This document shows, piece after piece, positions 18,095 through 26,975 of a DNA stretch of 46,397 nucleotides. The translations under genes were made by a program, and so were the position numbers. The notes under the pieces are model-generated. The model did no database searches, was not told where the DNA came from, and saw only the letters and a program-made list of their open reading frames with translations. The stretch is from an uncultured Mageeibacillus sp. (GTDB taxonomy: Bacteria > Bacillota > Clostridia > Saccharofermentanales > DTU023), in the NCBI GenBank assembly GCA_964346085.1, contig CAYFSZ010000002.1, positions 1 to 46,397 of the forward strand, read 5' to 3'. The number at the start of each line of letters is the position of its first letter. Positions within the stretch are counted from its first letter, which is position 1.

Positions 18095-18366
18095 TATTCC
18101 TCCGATTTGTCCGATACAATTTGTCCAATATCCGTGAATAAAGAGATAATTTCTTGCACTTTCTGTGGATTCGTTTCTAATTTGGTCATTTCATTGTTCT
18201 CAAATGTTTTAAGCAGATGTGCATTTTTCACTAAATCCAACCTATTTTCTGCAATTTGTTTCGTTTGATTTTCAATTCTTATTTGAATTGGATGAACATA
18301 CATAATACCTTGTATAAAAATAACCATAGATAAAGGAACGGCTAACATAGCTTCGATTGATAACAT
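18094..18366 (-). CDS. small TadE-like pseudopilin-like protein
   Basis: Start placed at the ATG at 18366 (MLSIEAMLAVPLSMVIFIQG...), with AGGAGG 7 nt upstream. The longest ORF extends to 18393. Glu at position 5 followed by a hydrophobic helix. Confidence 0.5.
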   Translation of the reverse strand: MLSIEAMLAVPLSMVIFIQGIMYVHPIQIRIENQTKQIAENRLDLVKNAHLLKTFENNEMTKLETNPQKVQEIISLFTDIGQIVSDKSEE

Positions 18367-18449
18367 AAAAAAACCTCCTATCTGCATATACATATTTTAA
18401 ATATCTGCATTGAGGAAATTCGAATTCTTTTTTGGAAAAATGGGAATTT

Positions 18450-18487
18450 TAAGAAAACCCCTTACCAAGTCTAGGTAAAGGGTTTTA
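18450..18487 (-). terminator. rho-independent terminator downstream of pheT
   Basis: 13-bp stem (18454-18466 / 18474-18486) with a 7-nt loop. The single imperfect pair is G-U on the minus-strand RNA but C-A on the plus strand, so the hairpin favours the minus transcript. U-rich 3' side. Confidence 0.7.
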
Positions 18488-18516
18488 GAATGTATTTTTT
18501 TGTATCTTAGCAAATT

Positions 18517-20970
18517 TTAAGATCTTAAATGAATATCTTTTATTGCCATTTCTTGAATGATGGAATCAACAATTGGATTCACATCTTGATCATTGAGTGT
18601 TCTTTCTAAGGAACGGAATACTAGTGAGAATGCAACTGATTTTTTATCTTCTGCGATTCCTTTGCCCTGATAAACATCAAAAATTTCAATTTTCTCAAGT
18701 AATGTTTTTGCTAATTCCTTGATTTCAGATTCTACATCGGCAACCAAAATATCCTGATTCATGACAAAAGCTAAATCTCTTGTTACAGCAGGAAATTTAG
18801 GTAATGGTTTATAGGCAAATGATTTGCGGTTCGCATTTAATAATAATTCAATATCCAAATCTGCATAATAAACAGCATGCCCGAAAGCAAAATTTTTCTT
18901 GAGCGAAGGATGTACTGTTCCAATATAGCCTAACGGTTTATCTAAATTTTCTAAGTAAATAATTCCAGATTGCCCTGGATGTAAGAATGGATAATCTTCT
19001 TTATTTCTTTTAATCGTATATTTCTCAATTCCTAAAACATGGAATAATTGCTCGATAATGCCTTTTACTTCAAAATATCCAGCAGCTTCATCTTTTTTAC
19101 TCACAAACTTAGCAATTGCCAAATGTTGTCTTTCATCAGGTAAAACTTGATCTCTTTCAGGACGATGATCTTCTACTCCTTCAGCTATTGGATGATACGT
19201 TTTTCCGATTTCATAAATCAGACCTTCTTGATTACCACGAGCTACATTATATTCAATGACATTCAAAATGCTCGGTAAAAGAGACGTTCTCATTTTCGAA
19301 TATTCTTCGCCTAAAGGATTAAGAATGGTTAATTCATTTCTGAGTAAATGCTCTTCTGGCAAATTAATCTTATCAATATTTCCTGGTGATACGAATGTAT
19401 AGGTATAAACTTCATAAGCACCACAACCATTCAACACAGTATGGACACTTTCTATATCTAATTGCTTTTCAGAGCGCCCACCTAAGCTATTTGAATTGCC
19501 TTTGCTAAATTCTCCAGGAATACGATTGTAGCCATAAATTCTAGCAATTTCTTCCGCTAAATCAGCTTCTAATTGTAAATCGTCACGGAAACATGGAATT
19601 GTTGCAATCCAGCAAGATTCTTCTTCACAATATTCTGTAACAACTTCTAGCTGATTCAGAATTTGGTTAATATCTTCATCGGACAATTGTAAACCAGCAA
19701 TTTTATTCAATCTTTCCGTTTCATATTTGACAGTTAATTTCTCAGATTCAGTTTTTCCAACTGTGATTTGAGTTTGCGCAACTTTTCCGCAATCAAGCAA
19801 CTCTATAAGATAGCAAGCATAATCCATTGCTCTTTGCGCATTTTCAATTGGTAGTCCTTTTTCAAAGCGTAAAGAAGCTTCAGAACGAATATTGTATTTT
19901 TTTGCAGTTGCTCTGACAGATGCAGCATCGAAGTTTGCTGATTCAAACAAGATGCTCTTTGTCGTATCTCGAACTTCTGAATTTAAAGCGCCCATAACGC
20001 CTGCTAAGCCTACTGGACCGCTTGTATCTGCAATCACCAAATTATTGGAATCCATTTCAATTTCAGATTCATCAAGCAAAGTCATTTTTTCATTGTCTTG
20101 GGCTCGACGAACGATGATTGCATGATCTGTTAAAAATTCTAAATCATAGGCATGCATCGGTTGCCCCAATGTCAGCATGACAAAATTTGTAATATCAACA
20201 ATATTGTTAATCGGACGCATTCCTGCCGCTCTCAAACGCTTTTGCATCCAAATCGGAGATTGTTCAATTTTAATATCTGTAACAACACGACCGATGAATG
20301 TTGAACACAAATCTTCCGCTTCAATTTTTACAGAAGCAATGTCTTCACTCTTAGTATTTGATAATGTTGTTGGAGCATCAGAGATCGGAGTAAATGAATC
20401 TCCAAATGTCACAGCAGACTCTCTTGCTAATCCTTCAACAGAAAGACAATCTGGTCGATTGGAAGTAATTTCAAATTCAATATTTTCTTGTCCAATTCCA
20501 ATCACTTCAAGTGCATTGACACCAATTTCAGCATCTTCAGGTAAAACATATATCCCATTTTCTGCTGCATTAGGAAATTCATGAACAGTAAAGCCAAGCT
20601 CCTGAATTGAGCAAATCATCCCATTTGATTCAACACCACGTAATTTTGCTTTTTTGATTTTAAAGTCTTCACCTAATATAGCACCTACTTTTGCAACGAT
20701 AACTTTTTGTCCTTGCGCAACATTCGGAGCACCACAAACAATTTGCAGCGTCTCATCACCAACATTCACTTGGCAAACATGCATATGATCTGAATCAGGA
20801 TGATCAATACATTCTTCAACATAACCTGTGACTAAATTTGAAAGATTCTCTCCCTCAATATCATAGGTTTCTACTTTGGAACCAGACATTGTCATACCAT
20901 CAACAAATTCTTGTACAGTACCTTTATAATCAGTAAAATCTTTAATCCATTCTAAAGAAACTTTCATCAT
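18517..20970 (-). CDS. pheT: phenylalanine--tRNA ligase beta subunit
   Basis: 817 aa. N-terminal tRNA-binding OB domain (TGYVEECIDHPDSDHMHVCQVNVG), B3/4 and B5 domains, C-terminal FDX-ACB domain. Lies 6 nt after pheS. Confidence 0.96.
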   Translation of the reverse strand: MMKVSLEWIKDFTDYKGTVQEFVDGMTMSGSKVETYDIEGENLSNLVTGYVEECIDHPDSDHMHVCQVNVGDETLQIVCGAPNVAQGQKVIVAKVGAILGEDFKIKKAKLRGVESNGMICSIQELGFTVHEFPNAAENGIYVLPEDAEIGVNALEVIGIGQENIEFEITSNRPDCLSVEGLARESAVTFGDSFTPISDAPTTLSNTKSEDIASVKIEAEDLCSTFIGRVVTDIKIEQSPIWMQKRLRAAGMRPINNIVDITNFVMLTLGQPMHAYDLEFLTDHAIIVRRAQDNEKMTLLDESEIEMDSNNLVIADTSGPVGLAGVMGALNSEVRDTTKSILFESANFDAASVRATAKKYNIRSEASLRFEKGLPIENAQRAMDYACYLIELLDCGKVAQTQITVGKTESEKLTVKYETERLNKIAGLQLSDEDINQILNQLEVVTEYCEEESCWIATIPCFRDDLQLEADLAEEIARIYGYNRIPGEFSKGNSNSLGGRSEKQLDIESVHTVLNGCGAYEVYTYTFVSPGNIDKINLPEEHLLRNELTILNPLGEEYSKMRTSLLPSILNVIEYNVARGNQEGLIYEIGKTYHPIAEGVEDHRPERDQVLPDERQHLAIAKFVSKKDEAAGYFEVKGIIEQLFHVLGIEKYTIKRNKEDYPFLHPGQSGIIYLENLDKPLGYIGTVHPSLKKNFAFGHAVYYADLDIELLLNANRKSFAYKPLPKFPAVTRDLAFVMNQDILVADVESEIKELAKTLLEKIEIFDVYQGKGIAEDKKSVAFSLVFRSLERTLNDQDVNPIVDSIIQEMAIKDIHLRS

Positions 20971-20976
20971 ACACCT

Positions 20977-22020
20977 CTACTTAAATTGTTCTAAGAAACG
21001 TAAATCATTTTCATAAAATGAACGAATGTCTTTGATATCATATTTTGCCATTGTGACACGTTCCATGCCGATACCAAAAGCAAAACCTGAGTACTTCTTA
21101 GAATCAATTCCACAATTATCCAAAATTTCCGGATGAACCATACCAGCACCAAGGATTTCGATGTATCCTTCTCCACGGCAAGTTTTACAATTCGGATCAT
21201 GTCCACCACAAGTCCAACATGAAATATCTACTTCACAACTTGGTTCAGTAAATGGAAAATGATGTGGACGCAAACGAATTTTAGTCTCTTCGCCAAATAA
21301 TTTACGAGCAAACAGTTCTAATGTCGCAACCAAATCGGACATTTGTAAATTTTCATCAATCGCTAATCCCTCGATTTGATGAAATACTGGTGAATGCGTC
21401 GCATCAACTGCATCTGAACGATAAACTCTACCGGGACAAACGATATAGATTGGAGGTTTTTGATTTTCCATCACCCTGATTTGAACAGGTGATGTTTGAG
21501 ATCTCAATAATAAGCCTTTTTCATAATCAAGATAGAATGTATCTTGTTCATCCCTGGCTGGATGACCTTTCGGCAAACGCAACATTTCAAAATTATAATA
21601 ATCAAGTTCTACTTCGGGTCCTTCTGCAATTGAATAACCTAAGCCGATAAATATATCAGAAATTTCTTTTGACATTAAAGCCAAAGGATGTCTTGAACCT
21701 AGTTGATTCGTTTTTCCAGGTAAACTAATATCAATTGTTTCACTGGCAATTTTTGCAGCTTCCTCAGCTTCCAAAATCTGTGTTTTTTTCTCATTAATTT
21801 TTTGTTCAATTAATTGTCTAACACGATTCGCCTCTTGACCAAGAATCGGGCGTTCTTCATTTGATAAGCCACCCATACTTTTCATAATGGCAGTTATTTC
21901 GCCTTTTTTACCTAGCAATTTAACTTTCAATTGATCTAACTCAGCTTGATCATTGATTGATTCTAAAGTCGAAATAAATGTATTCTCTATTGCTTGCAGA
22001 TCAGATAATAACTTTTCCAT
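20977..22020 (-). CDS. pheS: phenylalanine--tRNA ligase alpha subunit
   Basis: Class II motifs (HPARDEQDTFY, FPFTEPS, GFAFGIGMER). Start placed at MEKLLSDLQ (ATG at 22020), with GGAGGG just upstream. The 23 extra residues of the longest ORF do not look like PheS. Confidence 0.95.
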   Translation of the reverse strand: MEKLLSDLQAIENTFISTLESINDQAELDQLKVKLLGKKGEITAIMKSMGGLSNEERPILGQEANRVRQLIEQKINEKKTQILEAEEAAKIASETIDISLPGKTNQLGSRHPLALMSKEISDIFIGLGYSIAEGPEVELDYYNFEMLRLPKGHPARDEQDTFYLDYEKGLLLRSQTSPVQIRVMENQKPPIYIVCPGRVYRSDAVDATHSPVFHQIEGLAIDENLQMSDLVATLELFARKLFGEETKIRLRPHHFPFTEPSCEVDISCWTCGGHDPNCKTCRGEGYIEILGAGMVHPEILDNCGIDSKKYSGFAFGIGMERVTMAKYDIKDIRSFYENDLRFLEQFK

Positions 22021-22051
22021 AAGCCCTCCACATTTGATAATTAACTTTATT

Positions 22052-22060
22052 ATCATACCA
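22052..22060 (-). promoter_or_regulatory. extended -10 promoter element for pheST
   Basis: The minus strand reads TGgTATGAT about 30 nt upstream of the pheS start. No good -35 element. Confidence 0.35.
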
Positions 22061-22063
22061 CAA

Positions 22064-22116
22064 TATAAGAAAAACCGAACATTTTTCACTATCAGATTAA
22101 CGAAAAAATCGGTTTT
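22064..22116 (-). terminator. AU-rich imperfect hairpin plus U-tract between the MBL-hydrolase gene and pheS (weak terminator/attenuator)
   Basis: Minus strand AAAACCGA...TCGGTTTTTCTTATATT. The inner U5/A5 extension has a 3-nt bulge, and only 3 pairs are G-C. Confidence 0.35.
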
Positions 22117-22135
22117 ATTTTGACATAAAAAAATA

Positions 22136-22792
22136 TTACATAGATAAATAAGGATTGAATGCCAATACTTGTCCTACTGTAGAAGGTTGTCCGTGACCTG
22201 GAAGCACTGGCAAATCCTCCGGTAATTTTTCAAAGATTTTTTTCAAACGTTTCAATGAATTTTGCATATCCGTCATACTTCCGTATTTCAAGTCTGTTCT
22301 TCCAATACTGTTGGCAAAGATAGTATCTCCTGAAATAAATGCAATTGGTTGATATGCAATATTATCGAATTGTTCTAGTAAATAGCAAGAACATCCTGGA
22401 CTGTGTCCCGGTGTATGAAAAACACGAATTTGCAAGCCTTCTTCTAATTCCAAAATTTCATTATCTGCAAGCAATTTTTCTGCAGGAGAAAAAGTCATCG
22501 GTTGCCCAAACATAAATGAGCAATTTGCTTCGTCATCACTCATCAACTTTTCATCTTCTTTAGGAATGAGCAGTTTAATCCCTTTTTCATCATGCCAAAA
22601 TGGCAATTTGCTAATATGATCGAAATGGCAGTGAGTGACGATTAACAAATCAATTTTTGAATCATCAATTTGTTCAGAAGAAAAAGAGGGATCAATTAAA
22701 TAATCCCTTTTCCCATGTATGATATATGAATTTGCATGTGCAAAATTTTCTGGTATATGCGTAATATGAATATCTAATCTAGCTTCTGACAT
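22136..22792 (-). CDS. MBL-fold metallo-hydrolase (glyoxalase II / hydroxyacylglutathione hydrolase-like)
   Basis: 218 aa. THCHFDH (HxHxDH), later HTPGHSPG and a distal GH. Starts 1 nt after the upstream stop. Confidence 0.85.
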   Translation of the reverse strand: MSEARLDIHITHIPENFAHANSYIIHGKRDYLIDPSFSSEQIDDSKIDLLIVTHCHFDHISKLPFWHDEKGIKLLIPKEDEKLMSDDEANCSFMFGQPMTFSPAEKLLADNEILELEEGLQIRVFHTPGHSPGCSCYLLEQFDNIAYQPIAFISGDTIFANSIGRTDLKYGSMTDMQNSLKRLKKIFEKLPEDLPVLPGHGQPSTVGQVLAFNPYLSM

Positions 22793-22793
22793 A

Positions 22794-23183
22794 TTACTTA
22801 ATCAATTCGCGCCAATCAAGATCTCCACGATCAATCGCTAATACTAAAACTTCTGCAGTTGCCACATTTGTGGCAAATGGAATGCTATTCGCATCGCAAG
22901 CTTTTAGTAAAGAGTTCGGAGAATCATACGAACGAAGCATAGGATCTCTCAAATAGATAACAGCATCAATTTCATTGTAATTTGTTTTGGATGCGAGTTG
23001 TTCTACACTTGCCATAATATCAGTTGTTAAAGTTTCAACTTCTAAATCTGTATTTTCGCGAATAGATCGAGAAATATTAAAAAGAGAAATCAAGCGATGT
23101 TTCGATAAGATTTGTCTATAAGCTATACAAAAGTTAACGAGCAAGTCATATTTTCTTGTATCTGCAATTAAAACGATGTTCAC
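22794..23183 (-). CDS. methylglyoxal synthase-like domain protein with non-canonical active site
   Basis: 129 aa, collinear with MgsA (IDAVIYLRDP, IPFATNVATAEVLV). The catalytic His/Asp positions and the phosphate-binding GTTG are replaced. GTG start with AGGAGG 5 nt upstream. Confidence 0.75.
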   Translation of the reverse strand: MNIVLIADTRKYDLLVNFCIAYRQILSKHRLISLFNISRSIRENTDLEVETLTTDIMASVEQLASKTNYNEIDAVIYLRDPMLRSYDSPNSLLKACDANSIPFATNVATAEVLVLAIDRGDLDWRELIK

Positions 23184-23287
23184 GTTGTCCTCCTAAATGA
23201 TAACCTTTATTCATACTATACAAAATAAACAAAAGTTTCAATACTAAAACAGTCGAAATTGTGCTTTTTATAAAAATTATTGAATTT

Positions 23288-25489
23288 TTAATTAAACCCA
23301 AAATATTCATCAAGCATTTGTCTTGCAACATCTGGCAATCCACTCTCTATATCAGCATTTTCAACAACGCCTGCGAAAACTACTTCAGGATCATCAGCAG
23401 GCGCATAACAGACGAACATCGCATTAATCTGAATATTCTCACTGGAGCTATTTTGCACTTCTGCTGTACCTGTTTTCATCGCAACAGAAACTGGAAAATC
23501 ATGAAATGCTTCATATGTTCTTGATCCTGGATCGCGAGCTAATCCTTCCATTGCATCTCTAACCATAGAGATTGCCGTTTCAGAAATATTTAAATCTTTT
23601 ACATCAATAACTTCAGGTTTAATAATTTCTCCATTTTCATTCGAGATTTCTTTAATTACGTGAGGTTGAACTAATTGACCCGTTGCAACACCACCAATTC
23701 CTCTTGCTAATTGTACAAGAGTATAAGCATTAAAGGATTGTCCAATCGTCGATTGAGCTGTATCAGCTGGAAACCAGATTTGGTCTTCAGGCAATGCTTG
23801 GGTTTGTCGTTTTAACTCAGGGCTTGGTCTAATCCCTTTTACTTCGCCAGGCAAATCAATATTGGTATATTCTCCCATTCCGAATTTTTTATATGTTTCT
23901 GATAATGCTTCTATTCCTGTATCCAATCCCATCTTAAAGAAATATAAATTACATGAAGTAACCATTGCATCGTGTAATGTTAATGCCCCATGACCATCTT
24001 CTGGTCTTGAGTAGCATTGCCAAACTCTATAGCCAATTTCTTCAGTACCATTGCACAAATAAACTTGATCTTCAGGAGTAATAACTCCATTCTCAATCGC
24101 AGCGATAGAAGAAATCGTTTTAAAAGTCGATGCAGGAGCGTATATTTCAGAAATAGCGCGATTTAACATTGGCTTTGCTTCATTGTCTGAAAAATATTCT
24201 CTAACTCTTTCTTCAGCAGCATCATCATATTGAGCCAAAGAAAAATCTTGTGGATTATAATACGGTACTGACGCCATCGAAATAATTGCTCCAGTCTTAA
24301 CATTCATCATGACTGCACTTGAAGCATTGGGTTTAACATCTTGCTTTTCCTTAATTCTTTCTATATTATTCGACAAAGCCTGAAGAGTTGTTTCTTGCAT
24401 TGATCTATTTAACGTCAAGCGAACTTTATTCCCAACTTGTGGAGAAATTCCTCCGCCACCTTTTACATATTCTAATTCATTATCAGTATTTCGTTGCCAA
24501 TAACCATACGGAATAGAACCTGGAACGCCATGTAAATAGCGCTCAGCATATAACTCAACTCCACTTTTTCCAACTACGTCATTGAAATTGTAAGACAAAT
24601 TTTTCAATTGTTGATATTCCTGCTCAGAGATATTTCCAATGTATCCAAGAACATGAGAAAACAATAAACTGTCTTCTGTATATTGTCTTTGTGATGTATC
24701 GGCTATCAAAACACCCGCATATTTTTGATTTTGTTCGTTAATCGTATTGACAATGGTCTGGTTAACAGGTCCACCGATGCTAATTGCTTCTCCCTGTAAA
24801 AATTGCCAGTTATTTTCCAAGATTAAATATCTCAACTGCATGATTTTAAAGGCTTCTTCCATTGTGTAAATGGTATCACCTGCAGCCTTTATATCTTCAA
24901 TTTGGAATTTATCATAAAGTAAATATTGATAGAAATCATTCGGATTAGTTTTAACTCGTTGCGTAGGATCATTCGTGTCTTCTTCTAATTTCAAACCGAA
25001 TAAATCATTATTCTGTTGCCATCTTTCGATTTCAGAAATATCTTTCTTAAAGACAAACTCCATATTATTATTTGATGGGTTATTTTTTGATTCTAAAGAA
25101 AGATCAAAATACTGTGTTAGGTTATCGGGTAACGTAACTCCATTATTAATCATTAACTCAGATAATTCGAGTAGCATTTCATTCAAAGCACGGTTTGATA
25201 ATCCTGCATTACTTAAATACAACATTGGTCTTGTAATTGAATAAGCTAATGTCTCACCATTAATATCGACAATATCCCCTCTTGGAGCTTGTACTGTCAT
25301 TTGAGCTCGATTACCAACAGTTTCCGGAATTTGATTGACTTGTGTAGAACTCAATTGAAGGATTGAAGTACGCACCAAAATAATCAATAGCATGATGATG
25401 ATAAAGATACCAATAATTGCATATCTCGAAAAACTATCATTGTTTCTGTTATTTCTATCATTAAATTTATTGAAAATTAGAGATTTCAT
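23288..25489 (-). CDS. mrdA: penicillin-binding protein 2 (class B elongation transpeptidase)
   Basis: 733 aa. N-terminal TM anchor. SxxK = STFK, SxN = SCN, KTG = KTGTAE. ATGA overlap with the mreD stop. Confidence 0.92.
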   Translation of the reverse strand: MKSLIFNKFNDRNNRNNDSFSRYAIIGIFIIIMLLIILVRTSILQLSSTQVNQIPETVGNRAQMTVQAPRGDIVDINGETLAYSITRPMLYLSNAGLSNRALNEMLLELSELMINNGVTLPDNLTQYFDLSLESKNNPSNNNMEFVFKKDISEIERWQQNNDLFGLKLEEDTNDPTQRVKTNPNDFYQYLLYDKFQIEDIKAAGDTIYTMEEAFKIMQLRYLILENNWQFLQGEAISIGGPVNQTIVNTINEQNQKYAGVLIADTSQRQYTEDSLLFSHVLGYIGNISEQEYQQLKNLSYNFNDVVGKSGVELYAERYLHGVPGSIPYGYWQRNTDNELEYVKGGGGISPQVGNKVRLTLNRSMQETTLQALSNNIERIKEKQDVKPNASSAVMMNVKTGAIISMASVPYYNPQDFSLAQYDDAAEERVREYFSDNEAKPMLNRAISEIYAPASTFKTISSIAAIENGVITPEDQVYLCNGTEEIGYRVWQCYSRPEDGHGALTLHDAMVTSCNLYFFKMGLDTGIEALSETYKKFGMGEYTNIDLPGEVKGIRPSPELKRQTQALPEDQIWFPADTAQSTIGQSFNAYTLVQLARGIGGVATGQLVQPHVIKEISNENGEIIKPEVIDVKDLNISETAISMVRDAMEGLARDPGSRTYEAFHDFPVSVAMKTGTAEVQNSSSENIQINAMFVCYAPADDPEVVFAGVVENADIESGLPDVARQMLDEYFGFN

Positions 25490-26064
25490 TTAAAACTCTC
25501 CTTACTTCTCAAACGGTCTTCCGCATATACATCTCTCTCTTTTTCTTCATACGGGATCACTTTAAGCATCATATAGCCGATTAAGAAGCTGATACAGGCT
25601 GTCATAATTATTAGAGTTATAAAAGAAAAATCCAAAAATGAAAACACCCTAAGAAAAGAAAAAGGAATTTCAAACTGAATTGATAAATTAATCATATTTA
25701 TAACACTTTCAAGTATTCTAGCAATTACATACACAATAGTGACTTGAGCTGGTAAGAAAATAAGTTTTCGTTGCCATACATTTTGCAAAAAATGATTCGC
25801 AAAAAATGAAGTTATCAAACCAATCAAAACACTCATCCCGAGCAGTGGGGAAAATATCCAATCTCGTAGAATAGATAAAACAACAGTTATCAGGAGATAC
25901 CAATGACCTCCAAATAAAAAAGAGAAGCTCCAAGGCAAAATCAATAATACATCAGGATACTCTTTCAAATTTGGAAAAACCGCTTGAATAATTTGATTCA
26001 GAAAAAGTACGATGACAATATAAAGAACTATTTTAATAATTCGGGAAAAAGAATTTGATTTCAT
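25486..26064 (-). CDS. mreD: rod shape-determining protein MreD
   Basis: 192-aa polytopic membrane protein immediately after mreC (1-nt gap) and overlapping the PBP2 start. Confidence 0.8.
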   Translation of the reverse strand: MKSNSFSRIIKIVLYIVIVLFLNQIIQAVFPNLKEYPDVLLILPWSFSFLFGGHWYLLITVVLSILRDWIFSPLLGMSVLIGLITSFFANHFLQNVWQRKLIFLPAQVTIVYVIARILESVINMINLSIQFEIPFSFLRVFSFLDFSFITLIIMTACISFLIGYMMLKVIPYEEKERDVYAEDRLRSKESFK

Positions 26065-26065
26065 A

Positions 26066-26947
26066 CTAATTTGACTCTTCTTCTATCGATGGCTGATCAA
26101 TAATTTCATTTCCAAACATAACAAAAACAATCTCAGTTGCATTTAATTGAATGGAAGGTTCAACGACTGCCTGACGAAATCCCTCTTCGTCAACAGGCAA
26201 AAGTTCAACGATTTTTCCAAGTTCAAGACCATAAGGGAAAATCCCGCCTAATCCACTCGTGAAAATTACATCGCCTACGTTTAATACAGCTGTTTTAGGA
26301 ATTCCATCTAAAATACATAATGTATCTAATTTATATTTTGCATCACCACGCAAAACGAAAGTTTGTCCCCGATTATTTTCAGCGAAGCAACTCACTGAAA
26401 ATCCTTCATGTATTAATGGCAAAACTTTAGCACTTAATTCATCTACATTATATATTCTACCAAAGACTTTACCTTCTGAATTAATCACGGGGAATCCTTC
26501 TATTTCCTCTAAATTGATTCCATCTTGACTGCCTCGATCAATTCGATAAAGACCAGAATCTAAATTAATCGGCTTTTGCAAAACTCTCGCGGCAACAAAC
26601 TCTGCATAATTATATCGATTTGATAAATTATATACATCTTTTAATTCATTGTATTCAATAGCAGCTACTTCATTTTCTTTAATTTTCAAGCGAAGATCTA
26701 CATTCTGTTGTTTTAATTCTTCAATTGTTTTTTCGTATTCAGCATTCTGACGGGCAACTTGGAAGTAATTCTTCACATCATGTCTGATTGATGAAACAAA
26801 ACGCTCAACAGGCGTGATGATAAATGATAATGGTGTCGTGCTTTTATTTACAATACTCGTAGGTAAAATTGAATAGACCATTAAAATAACTGAAATAATT
26901 GTAATAATAAAAACAATTAAAAATCTTTTCCTTCTGCTATTTAACAC
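26066..26947 (-). CDS. mreC: rod shape-determining protein MreC
   Basis: N-terminal TM, coiled coil (EELKQQNVDLRLKIKENE), beta-barrel motif GDVIFTSGLGGIFPYGLELGKIV. GTG start with GAGGAAA SD. Confidence 0.92.
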   Translation of the reverse strand: MLNSRRKRFLIVFIITIISVILMVYSILPTSIVNKSTTPLSFIITPVERFVSSIRHDVKNYFQVARQNAEYEKTIEELKQQNVDLRLKIKENEVAAIEYNELKDVYNLSNRYNYAEFVAARVLQKPINLDSGLYRIDRGSQDGINLEEIEGFPVINSEGKVFGRIYNVDELSAKVLPLIHEGFSVSCFAENNRGQTFVLRGDAKYKLDTLCILDGIPKTAVLNVGDVIFTSGLGGIFPYGLELGKIVELLPVDEEGFRQAVVEPSIQLNATEIVFVMFGNEIIDQPSIEEESN

Positions 26948-26975
26948 TTGCTTTCCTCTCTTGTTGGTGCATCAT

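Noticed and set aside
20177-20584. 135-aa plus-strand ORF antisense to pheT (also 19892-20125)
   Set aside because: Embedded in pheT. Compositionally an antisense artefact.
22021-22089. 23-codon N-terminal extension of the pheS ORF (MKNVRFFLYCGMIIKLIIKCGGL)
   Set aside because: Not PheS-like. It covers the predicted promoter and hairpin, and the internal ATG at 22020 has a GGAGGG SD.
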